In this document: positions 1 to 10,560 of the stretch, piece by piece
Layout of the letters: the number at the start of each line of letters is the position of its first letter
How positions within the stretch are numbered: the stretch's first letter is position 1
From: Dicyema japonicum
Lineage: Eukaryota; Animalia; Dicyemida
Length of the DNA: 32,954 bases
Direction of reading: 5' to 3'
Assembly: GCA_011109175.1 (NCBI GenBank)
Contig: RDEW01000020.1
Location: 893,468-926,421, forward strand
Notes under the pieces: generated by a model
The model's input: the letters and a program-made list of their open reading frames with translations, nothing else
Database searches by the model: none
Told to the model about the DNA's origin: nothing
Position numbers and translations under genes: made by a program

Positions 1-890
1 TTCTTTGCTTTAAGTATTTCTGCTTTCTCTGAAGCTGATCCTGGATTTGTCGCACTCATTGTAATATTGGAAGGGGAGAAGCTATCTACGCAGGTGGCAT
101 CCCAGGCTAGGTACTTCCCAGCATCCCACGGGAACAGAGTCGCTCCATCCGGCTTTCTGTTTGCCGTGGCAAGTACTAGGGGCTCCATCTGGACAGGGAA
201 TCTGGCAGCTTCTAGTCCCCACGCAATTGCACTATGTCTCAGGCTTTTTCCAGCGCTCCTTCGGCAGGAAAGTGCGTGGAGTCCTTTCGCGTCGACTATT
301 CCTCCACATCTACAGCGATGGATTGCGCAAACATCGATTCCGAGGCGGACGCAAACCCCAATCCTCGTGGAGTCATCGTCCAGAAAAGTTCCGAGTGAAA
401 TGCACGGTGATACTTTGAGCCATGCACCACTTACGTTTGTTGATGCGGTAGCCAGACAAGCCAGACGATGCTGGTCGTGTTGTGGTTTTAGCTCATCGAT
501 GGTCCTCGAACATACAAGTTCGTTCCAGTCTCGTTGTTTGTTGAAGTTCTTCTGGAGTCCCAGATTAAGTCCAATCCAAACATCGTGAGCCATGCATGCC
601 ATTGGTTCAGTTAAGTCCAATCCAACATCCGATCCGTTAATGTAGCGTAGGATCTGGTGAACTAGACCGCGGGAAGCATATGTCGAAGACAAAATGGCTG
701 GGAGGGCGAGTTCAAGTGGCGAGCGTATCCCAATTCCTCCATAACGAAGTGGTAACTTGCATTGGGTCCACCCTGCTTTATCCAGAGAGATGTTAAGTGT
801 TTCTTCAACAGAGGTCCTCAGCTTCTCATTGATAACTCTCAAGAAATCCATGTCTGTGAAACATGGGGATGTCCGTAGAAAAAAAAGGAG
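1..890 (-). mobile_element. CRE-like (REL-endonuclease) non-LTR retrotransposon, C-terminal part of ORF, 5'-truncated, runs off the window edge
   Basis: Manual minus-strand translation is open for ~296 codons from 890 to the edge: LLFFLRTSPCF...CKLPLRYGGIGIRS...SGAWL...HRCRCGGIVDAKGLHALSCRRSAGKSLRH (CCHC knuckle + RH)...MEPL...RKPDGATLFPWDAGKYLAWDATCVDSF (PD..D nuclease). It is absent from the ORF track because there is no stop in the window. Confidence 0.9.
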
Positions 891-1139
891 TTAATTGATT
901 ATAACTTAAAATTTTATAGCATTCGGGAGTCGTACTTTGATAATATTAGAACCACAAAGTGAGAAATTGATTCGTTTCTACCTTGAGTTTCAAGTTCTTC
1001 GTCATTTTAATTCAATGAGTTCTTGTATTAACTCTTCTGTATCTAACCCTGATAAAAACCACAGATTTATCGTCCAATCTGCAATATTCCAATAAATTAA
1101 TGTTATTTTATTTATGCCATTAAAACAGATTGATTAATC

Positions 1140-3200
1140 AAATTAGAGAAATAATTAAGGAAATGTCCGAGATCTACATCGTCTTAACAATTCTTGCATT
1201 ATGTAGTTACTGAATGGAATATTTTTTTAATAATTCGGAAGATTTTTTGTCGGAATATGGTTATAAACAATTATACACAGGGAATACAACTCCTAGCAGT
1301 CGAATGAGGATTACCTATGTAAACTAGAATGAAGAAAAACCACTATTTTCGATAATTTATGCAACTTTATATGAATACGGAAGCCAGATTCTGCATCCCT
1401 GAAGAAATCTAGGAAGACAACTGAAAACAAACATTAGATTTTTCAAGATGTTTATACACGAATGAAATTGGCTGCCAAAAGGATCGGCAGATTCTGCCGA
1501 TCATTAGGACATCTTGTCTCTTTTGATGAGCCATATTTCACAGCATTAAGATCGTGTGAATTCACCCATAGCATTTCAATAAACGGCCAATCGGCCGCAA
1601 TGATGAATTAATAAGATAGTTAAAGATAACTCTTAAATTATCAGTTGAAGAAACTCCATTCGGTGTTATTAAACATTCAAGTTCTATTAAACTTTGGAGA
1701 TATCTTTTCCGGGACCCTATCGAGTTCCGGATGAAAGACTGGAAGATATTCCAAAAGATAAGACCGATAGACTCTTAGGATATGATGAAATACTTGGCCG
1801 ACAGGCCATGTATGTTGCATGAAAGAAATCCTTCCTTACAAGATAATCCCCCTCAGAGCTGAAATTGTTCACGAACTCGGGAACAAGAAACGGGTTGTAC
1901 TGTTTCACTATATTGGGTTAACGTTTTGCAATCGCCGTTAGCACATATGCTAAAGGATGCTTTTAAGTAGCACCCCTCTGCATTTTCATCCTTTCATCTG
2001 CAAGGCCAGACTTGGAAAACCGTGAATCAGTTCTGTCGAACTCAGGATGTGGCATTCGAAAAGCATTATATGCTCACATCAGATTTGATCGCTTCAACCG
2101 ATAGTCAGGATTTCTGGTTACTTCATGAACTGATTACAGGTATCATGAACGTTTACGGTTTAAAACAATCGGAATATTCGAGGTATATCCTCAGGATGTT
2201 GGGTCCACGTTTTATCATCTTTCCCAATTATCATGGCACGTTTGAATTTAAACGTGGAATTATGATGGGAAAGGAAATAAAAGCCCTTTCGAAAATTACC
2301 AATTTGGGAGCTTGTTATTCTCACCTATATGAACAAAGTAAATTTACTCTATTCAGGTGAGCCAACACTAAAAGTCCCGTGAAAATTTATCTACATTGGA
2401 GGAAATGATCATCTCGCCAAAAAACCAGAGGAATATCTGATTCTGATTACAGATATCCACATATCTGTGGGTTCTCAGATATCAGAAGACAAACACGGAT
2501 ACTCAAACATAGCAGTCCGATATTGTGAGAAGGTAATCTTTCTTGGAAATTCTGGATACAGAAGCCCCATTGGGAAAGAATGTGTTGATGGTGGTTTGCC
2601 ACAATTTGAAGCGCCTTACTTCTATGGACGCCCGGGATTTGTCATGTTAGCGATTATCAGAAGGATTATAAAACGTTTCAGGAAGGAGATCACTTTGATA
2701 AGCTATCTGACTGATCGAACAGGAAGAAATAGAAAAGATTGACCATGCAGATAGTTTCCCGTGTTGCACGTGCTTTGTCAAATCATCTAGGAAAGTTAAA
2801 TTCCAGCCAATCTCTATTTTCTCTCAACTTTTGGTCAAATCTCATTAAACTGAAATGCTTCCCATAAGGAAGGCTACCATTTTATCCTCCACAATAACGC
2901 TCATGGTCTATGATCTAGTTTCCCATATAATTTTCATATAAAGACTTAAAGAGGACTCTCTTAGAATCAGCAAAAATGAAAGGGACACAATACTCAGTTA
3001 ACGCACATATCCTTCAGTAAATAGGATTCTGATTGGTTTCATCAATGTGGTTCACATGATTGGATGCCAATTTACTCTGGGAACTTAAAGAAGCACAATT
3101 ATCCCATATCAACCGGTTTACCAACCTCAGGTAAGTTGGATAATGGCGGCTACCGAGCGAATGAAAAGTTATTAGGCTCTCCAACTCACTAAGACACAAA
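1140..3200 (+). pseudogene. Endogenous narnavirus-like RdRp (degenerate non-retroviral EVE); boundaries approximate
   Basis: Colinear motifs across frameshifts: LAAKRIGRFCR (~1470-1500); GYDEILGRQAMYVA*K (~1778-1825); motif F PLRAEIVHELGNKKRV (1849-1896); WVNVLQSPLAHMLKDAFK*HPSAFSSFH; motif A SDLIASTD (2079-2102); motif B RGIMMGKE..K...NL (from 2253); motif C *KFIYIGGNDH (2380-2412); GSQISEDKHGYSNIAVRYCEKVI (from 2470). Confidence 0.85.
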
Positions 3201-3329
3201 AATTTTCTAACAACAAATTATATATAATTTTAAGGTAAAAATTTAATTAACAATAAAATTAACAAATTATATTAATTTAAAAATCAAGTCATTTAGAAAA
3301 ATTCCTTGTTCCCCAAATCTTGTGATAGG

Positions 3330-3720
3330 CTGCTTACGATTCCTTAGTACAACTACAATCTGCGAACCAAGTAAAGGTAGAATGAAAACATGTAAACTCC
3401 ATGAAATAAGAAAATTATCGAAAAGATTCATACAAGACGTCGACTAAAAAAATCAAGAATTTATACGGCCGAACTATCAAACCTTAATAGCGAAATTACA
3501 GAATTAATCAAGAAAATAAAATTGGACGGTTGGAACAATTTCATCACAAAAATTAACCATCGAACAAGACTAAAGGATTTATTGGGCACTTTACGTGGAA
3601 TTCAGTCGAAACAAAATAGAATGGAGACAACCCACACCACCAGTATTGACAAGAATAAAACACCACGTGATTTCATTCATCAGGCAGATGTCATAATGGA
3701 CCACTACGCAAAATGAATCA
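3330..3720 (+). mobile_element. I-group non-LTR retrotransposon fragment (linker between APE and RT)
   Basis: LSNLNSEITELIKKIKLDGWNNFITKINHRT...QADVIMDHYAK resembles the EN-RT linker of I/Ingi-like ORF2. No catalytic motif is present in this fragment. Confidence 0.55.
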
Positions 3721-3879
3721 ATAGATACGAACAAATGCTCTCGTCCATGCAAATTGAAAAACGTTCAACAGATGTCGAAAAACTCATCAAAAACTCTCCT
3801 GCCAAAGGGCTTGATGGAATCTGCATTTAAAACATCTGAAAATACAAATATAAATACACCTTCTGATGTTCCTGCATAT

Positions 3880-4430
3880 GCTATGTGCAGGATCCGAAAA
3901 AAGTCCAAGAGCTTCGTTCTTAAAGGAGGAAGAATGTATCTAAAAGACCCAGAAGGCGATAAATTGGTTATTGTTTCGGACAACGTTGAGGAAATGAAGT
4001 TTGTTGCTACTCAATATCATGATTTAACACATTGTGTTCAAAACATCCTAGAAACATATTGTAAAGATCAATCCATCTGTAAAAAAAAGTTATTCGCAAT
4101 GTTGTATCCAATTGTGAGACATGTCTTTTTGCCAAAAGTCTCACTCAAATTCATGATTTAACACTGTTATTCCAACTGTGTTGCATGTGCACCATTTTTG
4201 GTACATGAAGTTTGTTGCTACTCAATATCATGATTTAACACATTGTGGCCAAAACATCCTAGAAACATATTGTAAAGATCAATCCATCTGTAAAGAGAAG
4301 TTTTTCGCAATGTTGTATCCAATTGTGAGACATGTCTTTTTGCCAAAAGTCTTAAGGAATATAATGAAGACTTGCACTCGTAATAATGGTTATTCGTGGC
4401 TTTTAACGACTATTGATTGATGCTTGATAA
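3880..4430 (+). mobile_element. Degenerate rve-type integrase (HHCC zinc-binding domain + start of core), Ginger/GIN-like
   Basis: HDLTH...(frameshift)VIRNVVSNCETC gives an HHCC finger. It is followed by NNGYSWLLTTID*, typical of the start of the DDE core (xNGYxWILTxID). Confidence 0.6.
3994..4352 (+). repeat. 148-bp direct repeat (3994-4141 and 4205-4352) duplicating the HHCC finger
   Basis: Both copies run atgaagtttgttgctactcaat...tttttgccaaaagtct with only a few substitutions; the spacer is 63 bp. Confidence 0.95.
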
Positions 4431-4804
4431 GCATGTAAAAAACAAACTTCCAATACCATGTGACAAATTAGAAAAAAAATAATATAGATTGACCTGTGCT
4501 TGTTGAGTGATTGAAAATAATATAGATTGAATCCAGAAAGTTTTAATATAGAAGAAATGGAAGTTGTAGAAAATCTCGACACTTACAATGAAGGTTTTTT
4601 ACTGTTATTTATTAGTAAGGATGATGAGTACCAGCTTATTTTTGAGAGGGCAAATTTGCAGTCGTTTATACAAGAATGAAAAGGATGATGGAAGTACATC
4701 GATAAATATGAGTTTGATGTTGGAAATTCAAAACCAATGAAATAATAGTTAATTATTGATTTTTTTATATTTTAATATAAACTATTTATTTGAATAAACA
4801 AAAT

Positions 4805-5195
4805 CAATGTTTGGCCGATCTCCCAACTCTTTAATCCGATAATGATGTTCCTCTTCTTATGCGGACGATACTGTTTTGCCTTTGCGAGATGGGAATATTC
4901 GAAGGCTACAACAAGAATGCAAATTATCCCTGACCGGTTCAACAACTGGATAATCGAGAATTTGTTTATGGTGAATGCAGAAAAGTCGACCACGTCCCAT
5001 TTTAGTTCGGACAAGATTAGGAAGGAAGAGAGTCACCTTGAAGTTAAACAAGGTCGATATCACTTTCAACAGATGTCAAAGGATTTTGGGCTGACACTTG
5101 ATATCTGTCTATTACGACACGTAGAAAATATTCTTGTGAAATGTTAAAAGAAATCGAACGTACTAAAAAGTTTATCAGGAATGTGGAGATCGATA
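4805..5195 (+). mobile_element. I-group non-LTR RT fragment (YADD and thumb region)
   Basis: tat gcg gac gat = YADD at 4858-4869, then ...NAEKST..F...GLTLD...RHVENI...KKSNVLKSLSG across frameshifts. Confidence 0.75.
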
Positions 5196-5222
5196 CTCAC
5201 CTTTTTTGATTGACCTGTACGG

Positions 5223-5430
5223 AATGCTCTTCACTTCTTTCTTTTTGTTGGGTTTGAGCCCTTTTGTTGGATGTGAGACGATTCGGTTTGCAGTGAGATG
5301 TTCATTGATGACGGCATCAAGCCGAAGCATTGTAGATGCGTGAACCTTCAGCCAAAATGTACAGCAGCGAAATTCGAACTACCGACCATCGGACTTTTGC
5401 CCGCATTTGTTAAAATGCAACATCTTCTGT
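5223..5430 (-). mobile_element. tRNA-derived SINE, degenerate copy
   Basis: Reverse complement has a B-box-like AGTTCGAATTTC (5369-5380). It shares body (ctgctgt...aaggttc(c)acgcatcta.aatgc...gccgtcatca.tgaa...ctcactgc) and tail (aagaagtgaaga.catt) with 10090-10302. Confidence 0.7.
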
Positions 5431-6179
5431 TGTGATGAGTGATAGAGTAGGAAAAGTGAAATAGATTAGCAATAAACAATAGAAAAATCAGATAGTTAAG
5501 AATAATCCTTAATTAATTAGATTAATGTTGTGGCCGCGTGGCGCCATGTGGTGCTGCGTGGTTAATTGGTTTAAGTTTTCTGCTTGCTTGTCTGTTCCTC
5601 CTCTCTCTTCCTAATAGAGTGGCGTCATGTGATCCACCTGTCTAGGTGACGCCCAGTACCAGGCCGGCATGAAAAGGATCATTTGCTCTTCCCCACTCCA
5701 CTGGAGGGGTTTCCACAACTGCATGTAATGGACGTCTTACCCTTTATGCTGATTCCGAATGGACTCTGTTTCTGTAAAAGTGGAAACTGGATACACTTAA
5801 TTAGTTGTTTACTTTAACTTTTTTTTCGGTGTATCCGGGTTAATAAATAAATTAAATAAATATTACCAAAAATATATAGGACATTTTGATAATGGCCATC
5901 AACACTATATAAGCCTCCTGACATTGAACGTCAAGAGGGAGAAGTATATAGTCCATGAATTTCATGTTTCCAGATTTAGTGTTTAAGAGCTACTTCACCA
6001 GCTCAACCAAAAGGCTTAGTTAGTTAATTATCCCAGACCTCACTATTTTACAGGAGACCATCGGCTATTATGTAAGACGCGGCAAATGCCGGTCGCTTTC
6101 ATAAATAAGACGGTCTTGATATTGTACTAACTCAGAACATTCTAAAAGTGGTTTGCCGTAAACTTGGAGAGGTTACAAA

Positions 6180-7810
6180 ATGAACAGAGGACATTTTTTA
6201 CATTATCGATGGAATTGAGGGAGGCAGAGGTTGACCAACAAGGACATGTATAGTTAATTGTGGTTCGATTGAATTTTTTATATATGATCGTTGGGGCCTC
6301 TTTTCCTTTGGATGAAAGAATGGCCTGACACAGCTTTTAGTATGTTGATTTTGGGAGAGGGTTTTGTGCATTGTTCCCCAACATGGTTTGAAAAAGTCAG
6401 TAGTTTGTCGAAAATGACTCGAAATATTTTATGATGTTTCGTAACGAAGAGTGTTTGCCCATGAATTGTTAATATTGGCTGAGAATTTAGTTGGCGGCGG
6501 TTGGGTGTGATTAGAGTAACGATGGATTTCAACAGAAAATGAGATAGGTGATTTGTTTCAAGCTACTCTTAAAGAGAGTTCAAGTAGTTCTGGACATCCT
6601 TCGTTGATTTGCTAACGTCACTGTCTGTAGAAGCCAAAATCTGGTCATCCGCATATGATATAAGTGTCTTAAGAATTGGTTGGAATATCGTTTAGGTGCA
6701 AGTAGAATAAGTCAGGAGACAATACGGAGCCTTAGGAGACGCCGTTTGGAAGGAATCGTAATGAGATAGAAAAGAAATAATTTCAGCCCGACCAAGTCTT
6801 TTAGAGAGGAAATTCGTTAGACAATTCTTAAAACGTGGAAAAATTCGAGATGCAAGATTTTTGTTACTTAGAACCCGCCTTGATGTTCAATCAAACGCCT
6901 TGGTTAGGTCAATCGATGCAAGAATAGTCCGTTTGGGAGGATTGCAATTATTGAAGCGGTTTACTGATTTAGGGTGGAGTGATGCGTTGATGTTGATTAT
7001 TGCGGACGAAATCCATGTTGAGAATCTGGTAAGGAAAGATACTTCGACATTAATTTTAATACAACACATTCAACAATTTTCGATACTACAGATTTTAGTA
7101 AAATCGATCTGAAAGATCATGGATCCGAAGGATCTTCTTGGGCTTAATGTGGAATTTTTGTTATTGAGGATGACTAGTTGTTCAAGTTGAGATAGGATCT
7201 GAACCCCCATCTAATTACCCTTTTGACCGATTAGCCAAAGTCTTTGGCGTTTAGTTCTCTGCAGATTATGTTATTTTGAATCGTTTAATTTAGCCAGTTT
7301 GAGGATTATTACTACAATATTTTTTCATGAAGTAAGCTCATTGTGATTTCGATTTTCAGTAGTAGTATCACAGAAAGGAATAGATTTGTGTATAAGGGAG
7401 AGCACACGCTAGAATTAGGTCGGTCGCGGCGGACAATTGAATATTCTTTGAAATAAGGAAGAATTGTTTTTCTGGATAGTTTCGTTTCCTATAGGAGGGC
7501 AATATCGATTTTCTGGGGGTGAGAAAGATAATATGCTCAGTGGATTTGTGTTCAAGCCCATTTATGTCAAATTGAATGAAATTGAGGAATTTCCCATTTT
7601 TGTGAGGATCTGGGTTCTGTTTGATGTCCCCAGCGAGGATTAGGAGTAGCCAATCCGATCTTTGAGCGAAAGCTATACGCCTGCTCAATAGCCACCATAA
7701 TCCATTCCGACTTGCCAGAGGTCGATGAACAAGTTGGCAGGGGAGTAGTTTTGGTTATTTTAGTTGCCAGATTGAAACGTATCCAATTTTTATAGGTGAA
7801 GATGTACCAC
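6180..7810 (-). mobile_element. I-group (Ingi/Vingi-like) non-LTR retrotransposon, internally deleted: 2A-like peptide + APE start + RT
   Basis: LLLILAGDIKQNPDP then LNFIQFDINGL (APE motif I); NPPKRTILASIDLTKAFD (~6890-6945); YADD at 6644-6655; later ...FDKLLTFSNHV...KINILKAVSG and NYTCPCWS. Confidence 0.85.
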
Positions 7811-7919
7811 ATCGGAAATTAAAAAAGGCAATGTGCATTAGTTATAATAAAAATTATTAATTTTTTTTTTTTTTTTAATAAAGAAGTGTTAATTCAAATC
7901 AAATGAATAAAAATTAAAT

Positions 7920-8160
7920 TAAGGCATCTGAATGGCCATGCTATTTCCCCTAACAATAGCCAACGAGATACGTTCTCGGAACCAACCAGTCTCTCGCGGA
8001 TCCTTGGTCACATCTTGAATCATGGAGCCGATCTTACGAACCAACTCATCTGCTTGGGGGCCAAGGATTCCTGACGTTTCCACCGCGAATGGAACAAATA
8101 TATACTCCTCCGAAATTCTCTGGTACTTCCTCCTCTTTCGTTCCTCGGCCTTCTTCCCTA
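7920..8160 (-). mobile_element. CRE-like element, extreme 3' end
   Basis: KKAEERKRRKYQRISEEYIFVPFAVETSGILGP...WFRERISLAIVRGNSMAIQMP*, followed by an AT-rich tail. Confidence 0.85.
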
Positions 8161-8224
8161 TTAATTAAAGTCAAATTTTGACTAATTTATGTTAATTGAA
8201 TATAATTGTATTGTGAAGTGTTCA

Positions 8225-9740
8225 TTACCCACGGATTATTTCAGTGCACATCTACTGGCCTTCAAAAAACCTAAAGGTGGGGTCCGCTCCATTGCGGTCG
8301 GCAACTATTTCAGAAGACTGACAGCGAAAATCGCATGCAGTATTGTCTGTCCGAGATTATCTGAAGAATTTCCTTTCTCCAACTGGGGTGGTGTAAGTAA
8401 CGGATGCGAGACGGCAGTGCATGTTGATAGGTGTTTCTTTAGACAGAAAGACGAACAAAACCCACACATTGGGGTCAAACTGGACATCTGCAACGTCTTC
8501 AATTCACTGTGGAGGGATCAAATTTTCGAAACTACAAGCAAAAGAGCCCCTGAACTTATTCCACTTGTCTACCTCGTTTACGGAACTAACTCTACACTGG
8601 TTTTTGGAGATAAGATTATTTATTCGGAGACTGGAGTCAACAAGGGACCCACTTGGTCCACTTCTCTTCGCTCTGGCCATCGATGAAATTGTCCGCTCAA
8701 TCAACACAAAACTAAACCTCTGGTATCTTGATGACGCCAACGATTGGAGGGCCGTGGAGAAAAGTTTTTGACGTCCTGTCACAAGCCGTGTCGCACTACG
8801 AAACCTCGGACTTGAGATAAATATAAAGAAATCGGAGCTAATAAACATCACATACTCGGAGAGTGATTTCATCAGCGTGGTCGAGTCTTTCAACTCGGTA
8901 TTACCTGGAATTACTGTCGTACCCTGGGAGCGGACATACTTTCTTGGGTGTCCACTTGACGAAAAGGAACTGCGGAGCCATCTACTAACAAAGGAGGATG
9001 AACTTTCTAGAGTTACGAAGAAACTCTCTTTACTCCGATGCTCATACAGTGTTCTTCTTCCTTTTAAAAAATAGCATCGGCTTACTTAAACTCCTATACG
9101 CTTTCCGTTGTTTTCTCTTGCTTCAAACATTGTGACATCCTCTTGTCACTGGATAGGACATTGAGAAATCACCTGAATTGCTTCTAAACATCCACTTTGA
9201 CGTGCCGAGTTGGAATCATGTAAGCTTCCTACACGCCTCGGAGGTGCGAGTTTCAGGTCGGCAATGGAAATCTGTCATCGCTCTCAAGTGGGAGTCTTTT
9301 GGTCCATGATTTCCTACGTTTTCCAATCGGACTTTCTTGGGAAAAAGTCTTCGACGAAACTCGTCGCGAATGGTGTGAAACTGGTTTGGAAACGCCGAAC
9401 GATCCTTCGAGGCAACGAGACTGGGATAAGATCTACTCCAAGAATATTTTCGACGTGCTAAAGTTTGAGGCCAACCAGCATCGTCTTGCATGCTTTATGT
9501 CCACCGCCAACCATGGGAGCGGAGCATGGCTGGATGCACTCACGTGTTCCTCCCTGGGGACCCTTTTGGACGATGAATGTTTTCGGATTAAAATCGCACA
9601 GCGCCTGGGAGTTGATGTTTGCTTCGAACACCAATGTTGTTGTGGAGGGATCGTCAATGCCAAAGGGCTGCATCCGCTTTCGTGCAAAAGGAGTGAGGGC
9701 AGAGCATTCCGCCACGCTGCTATGAACAACATTGTCAATT
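8225..9740 (+). mobile_element. CRE-like non-LTR retrotransposon, degenerate RT + zinc knuckle, 3'-truncated
   Basis: LLAFKKPKGGVRSIAVGNYFRRL; VKLDICNVFNS; GV(Q)QGDPLGPLLFALAI; LWYLDD; LPTRLGG; SGAWL; HQCCCGG...GLHPLSCKRSEGRAFRHAAMN. Several frameshifts. Confidence 0.9.
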
Positions 9741-10089
9741 TCAGCATCGAATTCTCCATATTCCTTGAATTTCTTAATTTTCAATAATTTTTCTTTTTTT
9801 CATATAACTAGAACCATTCCACCTTAGATTTAATTAGTTAGTTACGAGCACTTCGTTGTTAAATTGTTACTCATAAGTATATGAATACTTAGGGTTCTGC
9901 TTGTTCCGTCTTGTGCCGTTCTCGAGACTATATTTACCCTTTGAAAAATCCGTCCATGGGGCTGTGTGGAATAGTCCAGCTAAGTTTTGTGACGACACCC
10001 TGATCGCTGCTTCTGCTATGAAACATGCCATAATAACGTTTAGAAAACACAGGCAACTCATCTATGCACTATCAGACCTTTTTTGTCCG

Positions 10090-10302
10090 CTAAGTATGGT
10101 GTTAGTGGTTAGGTGTCGGGCTTAAGTGGCTTAGGCTACGGGTTCGAATCTCACTGCTGTTCACCTGGTGGAAGGTTCCACGCATCTATAATGCAGAAAG
10201 GGTTTGACGAGTGACGCCGTCATCAGTGAATACTCACTGCGGAACTGGATTGTCTAGAAAGGACACTCACACAAGAAAAAGAAAAAAAGAAGTGAAGATC
10301 AT
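10090..10302 (+). mobile_element. tRNA-derived SINE
   Basis: A-box TGGTGTTAGTGG (10097-10108), B-box GGTTCGAATCT (10141-10151), structured body and A-rich tail. A second copy lies at 5223-5430. No complete cloverleaf. Confidence 0.75.
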
Positions 10303-10479
10303 TCATTGGTTCTACGATTAGTTAAAATTAACTGTCCTGTGTGTCCTGCCTATGCGGAGCTATAAAATACTATGGCTCTCGTGAAAAGGCTTTATAAAAA
10401 AATATATAAGTATGGTGTTGATGATCGTGGTCTAGCAAGTGTGATGGCGTTGATCGAATTACAAAATAATAATTTAATT

Positions 10480-10560
10480 GAAAATATCAACTTAAAAGCT
10501 TTCAAAGGTTTTCTTGAGAGAAGGACAACCCACACACGTGTATAGTGACAACTCACCTCG
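10480..10560 (+). mobile_element. Possible BEL/Pao-type integrase core relic
   Basis: KAFKGFLERR(fs)PTHVYSDN resembles the xFxRFxxRRGxPxxIxSDN integrase motif; only ~25 codons. Confidence 0.3.

Noticed and set aside
67-588. 173-aa plus-strand ORF and similar ORFs (161-418, 8504-8893, 9433-9784, 14827-15210, 18045-18299) as genes
   Set aside because: They are antisense or off-frame shadows of retrotransposon coding sequence.
565-631. Short direct repeat ttaagtccaatccaa(a)catc; also the 27-bp tandem at 32648-32700
   Set aside because: Small local duplications inside TE sequence, with no array structure or functional signal.
1717-3199. Minus-strand ORFs (1717-1908, 3014-3199) as remnants of an ambigrammatic narnavirus reverse ORF
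   Set aside because: The RdRp frame contains many TTA/CTA/TCA codons (e.g. ctc tta gga, ccg tta gca, atg cta aag, aca tca gat), which are stops in the codon-aligned reverse frame. The 1717 ORF is also not codon-aligned with the RdRp.
10090-10165. Functional tRNA gene
   Set aside because: A and B boxes are present, but there is no acceptor stem or clean anticodon arm, and the sequence continues into a body shared with another dispersed copy. Called a SINE instead.
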